A stretch of 64,000 bases of DNA from Ulvibacterium sp. Its GTDB lineage: Bacteria; Bacteroidota; Bacteroidia; Flavobacteriales; Flavobacteriaceae. Under the pieces are notes generated by a model. The model was given only the letters and a program-made list of their open reading frames with translations, was not told the DNA's origin and ran no database searches. The stretch covers positions 9,539 through 73,538 of the forward strand of contig NZ_JANQOO010000024.1 of assembly GCF_028285715.1 (NCBI RefSeq), read 5' to 3'. Positions 37,278-46,595 of the stretch are shown in pieces (the first letter of the stretch is position 1; each line of letters opens with the position of its first letter). The translations under genes and the position numbers were made by a program.

Positions 37278-37688
37278 ATGCTCTCCAAAAAAACAAAATA
37301 TGGACTAAAAGCACTGGCATATTTGGCATCCCAAGGGGATAATGACCCAGTACAGATTGCCGAAATAGCAAAGCAAGAGAACATTTCACAGAAGTTTTTG
37401 GAGAGTATTTTACTCACTTTACGAAAGACTGGATTTTTGGGCTCCAAAAAGGGTAAGGGGGGCGGTTATTATTTGATCAAAAAACCCTCTGACATTTTAA
37501 TGACCGATGTGATGCGTGTTCTAGAGGGGCCCATTGCCATGGTTCCCTGTGTTAGCCTTAATTTCTACGAAAAATGTTCCGACTGCCCAGATGAGAATGC
37601 CTGCTCCGTGAATAAACTGATGCTGCAGGTGAGGGACGCCAATCTGGAAGTATATCGTAACAATACTCTGGCGGATATTCTGGTATAA
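37278..37688 (+). CDS. Rrf2-family transcriptional regulator
   Basis: N-terminal winged-helix signature MLSKKTKYGLKALAYLA...ISQKFLESILLTLRKTGFL..KKGKGGGY. Four Cys residues spaced C-x8-C-x2-C-x5-C in the C-terminal half. Confidence 0.85.
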   Translation: MLSKKTKYGLKALAYLASQGDNDPVQIAEIAKQENISQKFLESILLTLRKTGFLGSKKGKGGGYYLIKKPSDILMTDVMRVLEGPIAMVPCVSLNFYEKCSDCPDENACSVNKLMLQVRDANLEVYRNNTLADILV

Positions 37689-37848
37689 AGACAAAAAGGC
37701 CAAAGCCTCCTTATTCTAAATTCTTAAAACTTCAATGATTTGATCTGGATTTGTTCAAAATATAGAGCAAATCACGAATAATCTACTAAATCGATGGGGT
37801 AAAAGTAATATTTAGCAACTTTTAACGTCTTAGTTAAGGAAATAATCT

Positions 37849-37856
37849 TATTTTTG
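37849..37856 (+). promoter_or_regulatory. Bacteroidota-type -7 promoter box (TATTTTTG) for the DUF2061-cysHDN-sir operon
   Basis: Exact TAnnTTTG match 45 nt upstream of ATG 37901, inside a 212-nt AT-rich spacer. Confidence 0.35.
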
Positions 37857-37900
37857 AATTCCTATTAAATCACTAGACTAATTCGAAAAGTACTTTTTTC

Positions 37901-38164
37901 ATGATTGCAGACCAATTGATTTTAGATAAGAAGTCCACCAAGACCAATTACAAGGAGGACAGAAAATCGGAGAAACCGATTCGAAGTATTGCTAAAGCCA
38001 TAAGTTGGCGCATTATTGGTACTTTGGATACACTTTTGGTCTCCTACCTTTTTACTGGAAAGGTTGTATTGGCGGCATCCATTGCGTCTATTGATTTTGT
38101 GACCAAGATGGTTTTGTATTTTTTTCATGAAAGAATTTGGAACCGGATTGGCTGGGGAAAGTAA
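37901..38164 (+). CDS. DUF2061 small membrane protein
   Basis: 87 aa. AKAISWRIIGTLDTLLVSYLFTG...ERIWNRIGWG pattern of DUF2061. First gene of the sulfate-assimilation operon. Confidence 0.65.
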   Translation: MIADQLILDKKSTKTNYKEDRKSEKPIRSIAKAISWRIIGTLDTLLVSYLFTGKVVLAASIASIDFVTKMVLYFFHERIWNRIGWGK

Positions 38165-38176
38165 TGCTTATAACTT

Positions 38177-38800
38177 ATGGCTTTTACGCAACAACAAATA
38201 AAAAATCTAAACGTGCAATTTAAAGGCATTCCGCCAGAGGAAATTATTTCCTGGGCCATTAAGAATGCCGAAAAACCCGTGGTAACTACTAATTTCCGCC
38301 CATATGAAGTTGCCATCCTCAATGCGGTTACCGAGGTAAAGGACAGTATCCCCGTAGTTTGGTGCGACACGGGATATAACACACCGAATACCTACAAGCA
38401 TGCGGAAGAATTGATTCAAAGGCTGGGCCTTAACATCGACTTGTACGTTCCAAAACAAACATCGGCATATCGAGATGTGATAATGGGAATTCCTCAAATC
38501 GATGACCCACGGCACCAGGAATTCACAGAGCAGGTAAAGTTGGAGCCGTTCCGTAGGGCCATGGAGATTCATAAACCAGATGTGTGGTTTACCAACTTGA
38601 GGAAAGGTCAGACAGCACTTAGGGATAGTTTGGATATCCTAAGTTTAAGCAAGGATGGAGTTTTGAAGGTTAGTCCCTTTTACTATTGGAGCGACACCCA
38701 GCTCGATGCGTATTTGGAGGAAAGAAATTTACCTAATGAACATAAGTATTTTGATCCGACCAAGGTTTTGGAAAACCGGGAATGTGGATTGCATACCTAA
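38177..38800 (+). CDS. cysH: phosphoadenosine phosphosulfate (PAPS/APS) reductase family protein
   Basis: PAPS_reduct fold. C-terminal catalytic ECGLH motif. No CC...CxxC iron-sulfur cysteine set is visible. Confidence 0.8.
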   Translation: MAFTQQQIKNLNVQFKGIPPEEIISWAIKNAEKPVVTTNFRPYEVAILNAVTEVKDSIPVVWCDTGYNTPNTYKHAEELIQRLGLNIDLYVPKQTSAYRDVIMGIPQIDDPRHQEFTEQVKLEPFRRAMEIHKPDVWFTNLRKGQTALRDSLDILSLSKDGVLKVSPFYYWSDTQLDAYLEERNLPNEHKYFDPTKVLENRECGLHT

Positions 38801-38859
38801 CTTAAGAATATACAAATGCTACCTCTTAATGCTATTGAGAGGTCTTTAAAAAAGTTGAT

Positions 38860-39807
38860 TTGGAAACAGTACTAGAAGAAATACAACCGACAGGAACATT
38901 TAAGAATGGGGATAGACCCAATGCAAATGCCCTGGAACACGAGGCCATATACATTATGAGGGAGGTGGCCGCCCAATTTGAACGCCCTGTGTTGTTGTTT
39001 TCCGGTGGAAAAGACTCCATAACCTTGGTGCGTTTGGCGCAGAAAGCTTTCTGGCCTGCGAAAATTCCCTTTCCGTTAATGCATATAGACACTGGACATA
39101 ATTTTCCCGAGACCATCGAATTTCGTGATAGATTGGTCAGGGAATTAGGTGTGGAATTGATTGTACGAAATGTGCAGGACTCCATTGATCAGGGCAAAGT
39201 GGTGGAGGAGACCGGTAAGTACGCCAGTCGTAATATTTTACAGACAACAACACTTTTGGATGCCATTGAAGAATTTAAGTTTGATGCTTGTATAGGTGGT
39301 GCCCGAAGGGATGAGGAAAAGGCACGCGCTAAAGAGCGTATTTTCTCAGTTCGGGACGATTTTGGCCAATGGGATGAAAAAAACCAGCGCCCTGAACTGT
39401 TCGACATGTTGAACGGTCAGATTGAAATGGGACAAAACGTTCGGGTGTTTCCCATAAGTAATTGGACCGAATTGGATGTATGGAGCTATATCCAAAAGGA
39501 AAATATTGAAATTCCATCCATTTATTTTGCACATAAACGCAATACTTTCTTAAGGGATGGTCTTATTTGGTCTGCAGAGGACGATGTGGTCTTCCGCGCA
39601 GAAGATGAAACCGTGGAGGAACGTATGGTCCGTTTTAGAACTGTTGGAGACATGAGTTGTACGGCAGCTGTTGAGTCGCATGCGGATACCATTGATAAAG
39701 TGGTATCTGAAATACGGGATTCCAAGATTTCAGAAAGAGGTGCCCGGATAGACGATAAGAGGTCCGAAGCGGCTATGGAAAAAAGAAAACAACAAGGGTA
39801 TTTTTAA
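38860..39807 (+). CDS. cysD: sulfate adenylyltransferase subunit 2
   Basis: LEHEAIYIMREVAAQFERPVLLFSGGKDS and HIDTGHNFPE motifs. TTG 38860 is the only usual start codon (ATG/GTG/TTG) in frame upstream of the conserved core, after the TGA at 38836. Confidence 0.85.
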   Translation: METVLEEIQPTGTFKNGDRPNANALEHEAIYIMREVAAQFERPVLLFSGGKDSITLVRLAQKAFWPAKIPFPLMHIDTGHNFPETIEFRDRLVRELGVELIVRNVQDSIDQGKVVEETGKYASRNILQTTTLLDAIEEFKFDACIGGARRDEEKARAKERIFSVRDDFGQWDEKNQRPELFDMLNGQIEMGQNVRVFPISNWTELDVWSYIQKENIEIPSIYFAHKRNTFLRDGLIWSAEDDVVFRAEDETVEERMVRFRTVGDMSCTAAVESHADTIDKVVSEIRDSKISERGARIDDKRSEAAMEKRKQQGYF

Positions 39808-39865
39808 AATTGTCGTAAGCTCCTTGTGTTTACGCACGAGTAGCTATCGATTATCAATTAAAAAA

Positions 39866-41113
39866 ATGGAAGTACTAAAAATAGCAACGGCAGGAAGTGT
39901 AGATGACGGTAAAAGTACCTTGATCGGTAGATTATTGTATGATACCAAATCGTTGACAGACGATAAGCTCGAAGCCATAGAAAAAACCAGTAAACTAAAA
40001 GGTTACGATTATCTGGATTTTTCCCTGGCAACGGATGGTCTCGTGGCCGAACGTGAGCAGGGAATAACAATAGATGTGGCCCATATCTACTTTTCTACCG
40101 CATCTAAAAGTTATATCATTGCTGATACTCCGGGGCATGTAGAGTATACACGGAATATGGTTACGGGTGCTTCCACCTCACAAGCTGCTATTATTTTGAT
40201 AGATGCACGAAAAGGAGTCATAGAACAAACCAATCGACACTTCTTCATCAACAATTTGTTACGTGTAAAAGATGTTGTGGTCGCTATAAACAAAATGGAT
40301 TTGGTGGATTTTTCGGAAGAACGATACAATCAAATTAAATCCGATTTTGAACGGCTTATGGAAAAAAGGGATTATGAAGATCAGAAAATAACCTTTATTC
40401 CGGTAAGCGCCCTTAAGGGTGATAATGTCGTGAATCATTCGGATAACACCCCATGGTATACCGGGCAAACACTTTTGGAGCATTTGGAAGAGTTGGACTT
40501 GCAGGATATTTATAACGTAGGTACACCTCGTTTCCCAGTGCAATATGTCATTCGGCCAAAAACGGATGATTTTCACGATTTTCGAGGATTTGCAGGTAAA
40601 GTTTATGGAGGGGAACTCAACGTTGGTGATGAGGTAGTAATTTTGCCGTCTATGACTAAATCCAGGATTAAGGGTATTTACTTCTATGACAAAGAATATA
40701 AAACCGCTCCAAGACGCTCTTCAGTTACCATTACGTTGGAAGATGAAGTGAATGTAAGTAGAGGGGACATGTTGGTAAAGGCGGGTGATTTGCCAACCAT
40801 TGATAAGCAATTTACGGCAACGGTTTCATGGATGGATTCGGAGAAGTTAACGACCGGGGGTAAATACGTTGTGCAACATGGTATCAACAAAGTATTGGCA
40901 AAAGTAGATAGTATAGAGCATAAGATTCTTCCGGACTATTCAGGTATAGAAGAAGGAGTGGTCGCATTGGACATGAACGATATTGCTCAAGTGAAATTTA
41001 GATTGAACAGACCTATATTTTATGATGCCTTTAAGGCGCATAGGACCAATGGTTCGTTCATCCTACTGGATACCCGGACCAATAATACGGCCGGAGTAGG
41101 ATTCATCAATTGA
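39866..41113 (+). CDS. cysN: sulfate adenylyltransferase subunit 1 (GTPase), without APS kinase domain
   Basis: G1 GSVDDGKST, G3 DTPGH, G4 NKMD. 415 aa from ATG 39866, so no CysC fusion. Confidence 0.9.
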   Translation: MEVLKIATAGSVDDGKSTLIGRLLYDTKSLTDDKLEAIEKTSKLKGYDYLDFSLATDGLVAEREQGITIDVAHIYFSTASKSYIIADTPGHVEYTRNMVTGASTSQAAIILIDARKGVIEQTNRHFFINNLLRVKDVVVAINKMDLVDFSEERYNQIKSDFERLMEKRDYEDQKITFIPVSALKGDNVVNHSDNTPWYTGQTLLEHLEELDLQDIYNVGTPRFPVQYVIRPKTDDFHDFRGFAGKVYGGELNVGDEVVILPSMTKSRIKGIYFYDKEYKTAPRRSSVTITLEDEVNVSRGDMLVKAGDLPTIDKQFTATVSWMDSEKLTTGGKYVVQHGINKVLAKVDSIEHKILPDYSGIEEGVVALDMNDIAQVKFRLNRPIFYDAFKAHRTNGSFILLDTRTNNTAGVGFIN

Positions 41114-41263
41114 TAAAACTGATTTTTCCTGGCAATACGGTAAAGTTCTATGGGAAGTATTTAGTTTTTAATGATTGTAAAAACAGTTTTAATTCCTATA
41201 AATCCTATAGGTATTATAGAAAGAAATTCAGATTGGAATAGACGAACATCATAACTTAAAGAT

Positions 41264-43357
41264 ATGCAAAGCTTTAGAACGGAAATAGAGAATCCGGTTG
41301 TAGAAAAAGACATTATAGAACTGGAGAAAAAGATTAGGGAGTTCAAGGAAGGAAACATGGATGAAGAGAAGTTCCGCAGTCTACGCTTGGCAAGGGGAGT
41401 CTATGGCCAAAGACAGCAAGGCGTCCAGATGGTCCGTATTAAGCTACCTTACGGAAAAGTAACCTCCAATCAATTGCATAGGATTTCCGATGTTTCGGAT
41501 GAGTATTCCCGAGGCCGTTTGCATATCACTACCCGTCAGGATATCCAGATTCATTATGTGGATTTGGAACGCACCCCGGAACTTTGGGCAGAGTTGGAAA
41601 AAGACGATGTAACACTACGCGAGGCTTGTGGTAATACGGTTCGGAACGTTACGGCCAGTGAAACCGCAGGAATAGATGTGGACGAACCTTTTGACGTGTC
41701 TCCATATGCCCATTCCCTTTTTGAGTATTTTCTTCGAAATCCAATAGGTCAGGAAATGGGGCGCAAGTTCAAGGTTTCATTTTCGGCAAGCGATGCGGAT
41801 ACGGGACTTTCCTACATGCACGATCTTGGTTTTATCGCGAAAGTTCAGGAAGGTGTAAGAGGTTTTAAGGTATTGATCGGTGGTGGATTGGGCTCTCAAC
41901 CAAGGCATGGTGATGTGTTGTTCGAGTTTCTTCCCTCGGACAGGATTATTCCCTTAATGGATGGTGTAATACGAGTTTTCGACCGTTATGGTGAACGTAG
42001 AAGTAGGGCCAAGGCTCGGATGAAATTCTTGTTAAAGGATGTTGGCCTGGACGGATTTAAGGAATTACTGCAAGCAGAACAAAAAGCTGTTCCCCATAAG
42101 TCGTATCCCATTGATGCACAATCTTATCCCAAGATTGTAGTTTCGGAAAAATCGGCTCCAGAAGTAATAATTCAGGATAAAGAGGCCTTTGAAAAATGGA
42201 AGTCCACCAATTTGGTTCCTCAAAAACAAGAAGGTTTTGTGGCTATTGGCATCAAGGTTTTGTTAGGCGATTTTTATACGGATAAGGCAAGATTATTGGC
42301 GGATTTGGTCGAAAATTATGCCGCTGGTGAAATTCGGTTATCGCTGCGTCAAAATATCCTTATTCCCTTTGTAAAAGAGGAATCGGTCCCATTTTTCTAC
42401 ACTGAATTAGAAAAATTAGGATTTACCGAAATAGGTTACAACAAAGCCGCGGATATTACCGCCTGTCCTGGAACGGATACATGTAATTTAGGGATTGCAA
42501 GTAGTACGGGAATTGCCGAAGAGCTAGAAAGGATAATTAAAAAGGAATACCCTAACTATATTCAGAATCCTGATGTGGTCATAAAAATTAGTGGATGTAT
42601 GAATGCGTGCGGTCAACATAATATGGCCAATATCGGATTTCAAGGCATGAGTATCCGTACCAAGGATAAATTGGTGGCGCCTGCATTGCAAGTTCTGCTA
42701 GGAGGTGGAAACGATGGTAATGGTAATGGACGGTTTGCCGATAAAGTAATAAAGATACCTAGCAAAAGGGGTCCTGAAGCATTAAGACTTATTCTAGATG
42801 ATTTTGATGCAAATGGCAAGGGCGCTCCCTTTGCGGATTATTATGCCGAGAAGGGTCAGATATATTTCTACGACTTTCTAAAGCCCTTGACAGAAATAGA
42901 TAACCTTACCCCGGAAGATTTTATTGATTGGGGAGCAACGGAACGTTATAAAAAGGCAATTGGTGTAGGAGAATGTGCGGGAGTTGTCATCGATTTAGTG
43001 GCGACCTTGCTTTTTGAAAGTGAGGAAAAAATTCAAAATGCAAAGGATACTTTTGACCAAGGAAAATGGGCCGCCAGTATTTATTACTCCTATACCTCCA
43101 TGGTAAATTCGGCAAAGGCCTTGCTCACTGCGGAGAATACCAAGGTGAATACCCATTCCGGTATCATAAAGGATTTCGATGAAAAATTTGTGTCATCAGG
43201 AAGGATTAATCTGGGTAAGGGATTTGAGGAATTAGTCCTGCAACTAAACCAAAACGAACCTTCGGAATCGTTTGCCAAAAACTATTTGGAAGATGCCAAA
43301 GGCTTTTTAAAGGAAGTGGAGCAACTCAGGGAGTTGGAATTGGCCCAAGTATCGTAG
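41264..43357 (+). CDS. assimilatory sulfite reductase hemoprotein (ferredoxin-type nitrite/sulfite reductase) with extra C-terminal helical domain
   Basis: Siroheme/4Fe-4S cysteine motifs CPGTDTCNLG (C-x5-C) and SGCMNACGQH (C-x3-C). The protein is 697 aa, and the last ~130 aa lie beyond the canonical NIR_SIR core. Confidence 0.8.
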   Translation: MQSFRTEIENPVVEKDIIELEKKIREFKEGNMDEEKFRSLRLARGVYGQRQQGVQMVRIKLPYGKVTSNQLHRISDVSDEYSRGRLHITTRQDIQIHYVDLERTPELWAELEKDDVTLREACGNTVRNVTASETAGIDVDEPFDVSPYAHSLFEYFLRNPIGQEMGRKFKVSFSASDADTGLSYMHDLGFIAKVQEGVRGFKVLIGGGLGSQPRHGDVLFEFLPSDRIIPLMDGVIRVFDRYGERRSRAKARMKFLLKDVGLDGFKELLQAEQKAVPHKSYPIDAQSYPKIVVSEKSAPEVIIQDKEAFEKWKSTNLVPQKQEGFVAIGIKVLLGDFYTDKARLLADLVENYAAGEIRLSLRQNILIPFVKEESVPFFYTELEKLGFTEIGYNKAADITACPGTDTCNLGIASSTGIAEELERIIKKEYPNYIQNPDVVIKISGCMNACGQHNMANIGFQGMSIRTKDKLVAPALQVLLGGGNDGNGNGRFADKVIKIPSKRGPEALRLILDDFDANGKGAPFADYYAEKGQIYFYDFLKPLTEIDNLTPEDFIDWGATERYKKAIGVGECAGVVIDLVATLLFESEEKIQNAKDTFDQGKWAASIYYSYTSMVNSAKALLTAENTKVNTHSGIIKDFDEKFVSSGRINLGKGFEELVLQLNQNEPSESFAKNYLEDAKGFLKEVEQLRELELAQVS

Positions 43358-43361
43358 AGAA

Positions 43362-44186
43362 ATGAATTTAGAAAATAACATATCAAAAGAGGTTTATACC
43401 AAAGTTCTTCCTTTAACTGGGAAAGCGCCCCTTCTTACGGTAATTGGTGCGGGTCCTGGAGATTTGGAACTCATAACCGTAAAGGCCATCAAAGCCCTGG
43501 GTATGGCAGATGTGGTATTGTATGATGCCTTGGTAAATCCGGAATTATTGGAATATTCCCCTAAAGCCGAGCATATTTTTGTGGGCAAGCGTAAAGGATG
43601 TTATGCCTATCAACAGGAACAAATCAATGAATTGATCGTTAACAGGGCCAGAACGCACGGGCATGTGGTTAGGTTAAAGGGAGGTGACCCTTTTGTTTTT
43701 GGTAGAGGTGCAGAGGAAATGAAATACGCTGCGGATCATGGGATTCCGACCAAAATGGTACCAGGTATTTCTTCCTGTATTGCAGTGCCATCGGCTCAGA
43801 ACATACCGGTAACAAAGCGAAATTCGGCCGAAAGTTTTTGGGTTATTACAGGGACCACCAAAGAGCATAAATTGTCCCAAGATGTATATTTGGCCGCTAA
43901 ATCAAGTGCCACGGTGGTTATTCTAATGGGAATGTCCAAACTTCCTGAAATTGTTAACCTCTTCAAAAATGAAGAAAAATGGGATACTCCCGTTGCCATT
44001 ATTCAAAATGGGACCAGAGAGGACGAAAAAATAGGGATTGGGACAATCGATACTATTTTGGAGGTCGTTCAGAAGGAAGAATTGGCCAATCCGGCCATTA
44101 TTATCATTGGTGAAGTAGTAAATCATAGGGCGTCCGTACGAAAGGTCGTTGAAAATAATATACACGAGTTAAGTTCAGAATTATGA
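43362..44186 (+). CDS. cobA: uroporphyrinogen-III C-methyltransferase (siroheme branch)
   Basis: VIGAGPGDLELITVKA...DVVLYDAL...VVRLKGGDPFVFGRG motifs. Confidence 0.9.
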   Translation: MNLENNISKEVYTKVLPLTGKAPLLTVIGAGPGDLELITVKAIKALGMADVVLYDALVNPELLEYSPKAEHIFVGKRKGCYAYQQEQINELIVNRARTHGHVVRLKGGDPFVFGRGAEEMKYAADHGIPTKMVPGISSCIAVPSAQNIPVTKRNSAESFWVITGTTKEHKLSQDVYLAAKSSATVVILMGMSKLPEIVNLFKNEEKWDTPVAIIQNGTREDEKIGIGTIDTILEVVQKEELANPAIIIIGEVVNHRASVRKVVENNIHELSSEL

Positions 44187-45244
44187 TTAAAACAGATATA
44201 ATTATTATAGGAGCAGGTCCCACGGGACTGTTCACGGTATTCGAGGCCGGATTACTAAAGCTTAAAACCCACCTTATCGATGCGTTGCCGCAACCGGGAG
44301 GCCAATGTTCGGAAATATACCCGAAAAAACCCATCTATGATATTCCGGCCTTTCCAGAAATTTTGGCGGGCGAATTGGTAGATAATCTTATGGAACAGAT
44401 AAAACCTTTTGCGCCAGGATTTACTCTGGGTGAACGTGCAGAAACCTTGGATAAGCAGGAAGACGGTTCGTTTATCGTAACTACAAATAAAGGGACAAAA
44501 CATCAGGCGCCCGTAGTAGTTATTGCCGGTGGATTAGGCTCTTTTGAGCCCCGTAAACCTCCTATCGAGAATATTACGGATTTTGAGGACAAAGGGGTTG
44601 CTTATATGGTTAAAGACCCTGAAGTTTATCGGAATAAAAAAGTAGTTATCGCCGGGGGTGGTGATTCTGCCTTGGATTGGGCCATTTTCTTGTCCGATAT
44701 TGCCTCTGAAGTCTCTCTGGTTCATCGTAGAAATGAATTCAGAGGGGCATTGGATTCCGTTGAAAAAGCATCGGAATTGGCCAAACTTGGAAAAATAAAG
44801 CTCTATACCGAAGCCGAGGTAAAAAAATTATATGGGGACGAACATTTGGAAGCCGTGGTTATAAAGCATAACGATGCGTCCAAAGGCGAAACCTACGTGG
44901 AGACGGACAATTTTATCCCTCTCTTTGGCTTGTCGCCAAAATTGGGGCCTATTGGGGATTGGGGCCTTGAAATTGAAAAAAACGCCATTAAGGTAAACAA
45001 TGCCAAGGACTACCAAACCAACATTCCCGGGGTATTTGCTATTGGCGATGTCAATACGTATGAGGGCAAATTAAAGTTGATTCTGTCCGGTTTCCACGAG
45101 GCGGCGGTTATGTGCCAATATGCCTATCAGATTATAAATCCGGATAAGCGTTATGTAATGAAGTATACAACAGTAGGCGGGGTTCAAGGTTTTGACGGGA
45201 CCAAAAAAGAAGCCAAAAAAGAAGTGGTCCAGAGCATATTATAG
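44183..45244 (+). CDS. thioredoxin-reductase-like ferredoxin-NADP+ reductase
   Basis: FAD site IIGAGPTG and NADPH site GGGDSALDW, no CxxC redox pair, ~350 aa as in YumC/Chlorobaculum-type FNR. ATGA overlap with cobA. Confidence 0.7.
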   Translation: MIKTDIIIIGAGPTGLFTVFEAGLLKLKTHLIDALPQPGGQCSEIYPKKPIYDIPAFPEILAGELVDNLMEQIKPFAPGFTLGERAETLDKQEDGSFIVTTNKGTKHQAPVVVIAGGLGSFEPRKPPIENITDFEDKGVAYMVKDPEVYRNKKVVIAGGGDSALDWAIFLSDIASEVSLVHRRNEFRGALDSVEKASELAKLGKIKLYTEAEVKKLYGDEHLEAVVIKHNDASKGETYVETDNFIPLFGLSPKLGPIGDWGLEIEKNAIKVNNAKDYQTNIPGVFAIGDVNTYEGKLKLILSGFHEAAVMCQYAYQIINPDKRYVMKYTTVGGVQGFDGTKKEAKKEVVQSIL

Positions 45245-45273
45245 TATCGATTTTCCGTTCTTATTTGAATTTT

Positions 45274-45306
45274 AACCCTCTTACAAAATTTGTTAGAGGG
45301 TTTTTC
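45274..45306 (+). terminator. intrinsic terminator closing the sulfate-assimilation operon
   Basis: AACCCTCTTACA/TGTTAGAGGGTT stem (one mismatch) with a 5-nt loop, followed by TTTTT. Confidence 0.8.
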
Positions 45307-45397
45307 GTTAAGGCTATATGTTAAAAAAACAAGGGATTGTTTGCATTTAAGAGTACCTTGACGTTACTTTGCACCAGTTCATTAAAAAATTGAAATC

Positions 45398-45501
45398 GTT
45401 ATCAAGAAAGGTGGAGGGACTAGACCCTATGAAACCTTGGCAACCCTTTCCTGTAAAGAAGGTGCTACATTCTATCACTCTATCATGAGGTGGCAGATAA
45501 C
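45398..45501 (+). promoter_or_regulatory. SAM-I (S-box) riboswitch upstream of split metH
   Basis: GTTATCAAGAAAGGTGGAGGGACTAGACCCTATGAAACC..GGCAACCCTTTCCTGTAAAGAAGGTGCTACATTCTATC...GGCAGATAAC. Near-identical core to the riboswitch at 30958. Confidence 0.9.
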
Positions 45502-45584
45502 AAGGATCAAGTTTTCGTCCAACATTCCCTTTCTTAGTTAACATTAAATCTGTGCAGCTTTTAATATTGCACATAGGGGTTAAT

Positions 45585-46595
45585 ATGAAAAAAATTCAAG
45601 ACATACTTCAGGAGCGTATTCTGGTATTGGATGGGGCCATGGGAACAATGCTCCAGCGCTACAAGTTTACCGAATCCGATTTTCGTGGAGAACGCTTTAA
45701 GGATTGGGAACATCCATTACAAGGCAACAATGACCTATTGTCCATAACACAACCGGATGCTATCGCGGAGGTCCATGGAAAATACTTCGCGGCTGGTGCC
45801 GATATCGTGGAAACCAATACATTTTCGGGTACCTCAATCGCCATGGCGGATTACCATATGGAAGAACTGGTCTATGAACTTAATTATGAATCGGCTAAAA
45901 TAGCGAAAAAAGTAGCAGAAGAGTTTACTGGCTTGGAACCGCATAAACCTAGGTTCGTTGCGGGCAGTATTGGTCCCACCAATAAAACGGCTAGCATGTC
46001 CCCGGATGTGAACGACCCTGGATTTCGCGCCATCTCCTTTGACGAACTTCGCCTTGCCTATAAAGAACAAATAGAGGCGTTGTTGGACGGTGGAGCGGAC
46101 ATTCTATTGGTCGAAACCATTTTTGATACGCTAAATGCCAAAGCGGCCTTATTTGCGATAGAGGAGGTAAAGGAAGAAAGGAAAATAGATGTTCCCATAA
46201 TGGTCAGCGGTACCATTACCGATGCTTCTGGACGAACATTATCCGGGCAGACTGCGGAAGCCTTTTTGATATCCGTTTCGCACATCCCCATTTTATCCGT
46301 CGGGTTCAACTGTGCTCTGGGAGCCAGTCAATTGGTACCACATCTTGAGGTAATTTCCGGTAGATCGGAACATTTTATTTCCGCCCATCCCAATGCCGGC
46401 TTACCCAATGCTTTTGGTGAGTATGATGAATCCCCGGAACAAATGGCAGCCCAGATCAAGGAATATGTGGAAAAGGGACTTGTAAACATTGTGGGTGGAT
46501 GTTGCGGGACCACACCGAAGCATATATCGGCAATTGCCGAATTGGTAAAGGAATATGGCCCTAGAAAATTGAAAGTAGCATCTGTATCGGTATGA
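45585..46595 (+). CDS. homocysteine S-methyltransferase domain protein (N-terminal module of split methionine synthase)
   Basis: LVLDGAMGT start of the Hcy-binding barrel and zinc-ligand motif GGCCGTTPKHI. It ends exactly at the Hcy/pterin domain boundary of MetH. Confidence 0.85.
   Translation: MKKIQDILQERILVLDGAMGTMLQRYKFTESDFRGERFKDWEHPLQGNNDLLSITQPDAIAEVHGKYFAAGADIVETNTFSGTSIAMADYHMEELVYELNYESAKIAKKVAEEFTGLEPHKPRFVAGSIGPTNKTASMSPDVNDPGFRAISFDELRLAYKEQIEALLDGGADILLVETIFDTLNAKAALFAIEEVKEERKIDVPIMVSGTITDASGRTLSGQTAEAFLISVSHIPILSVGFNCALGASQLVPHLEVISGRSEHFISAHPNAGLPNAFGEYDESPEQMAAQIKEYVEKGLVNIVGGCCGTTPKHISAIAELVKEYGPRKLKVASVSV

Noticed and set aside
41264-43357. Possible HEPN-like domain as a sign of a toxin/defence system; likewise the bifunctional nuclease at 17354-17986
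   Set aside because: Both sit in purely metabolic or housekeeping contexts with no partner antitoxin, methylase, helicase or mobile-element genes. The HEPN idea is kept only as a domain-architecture question in the findings.
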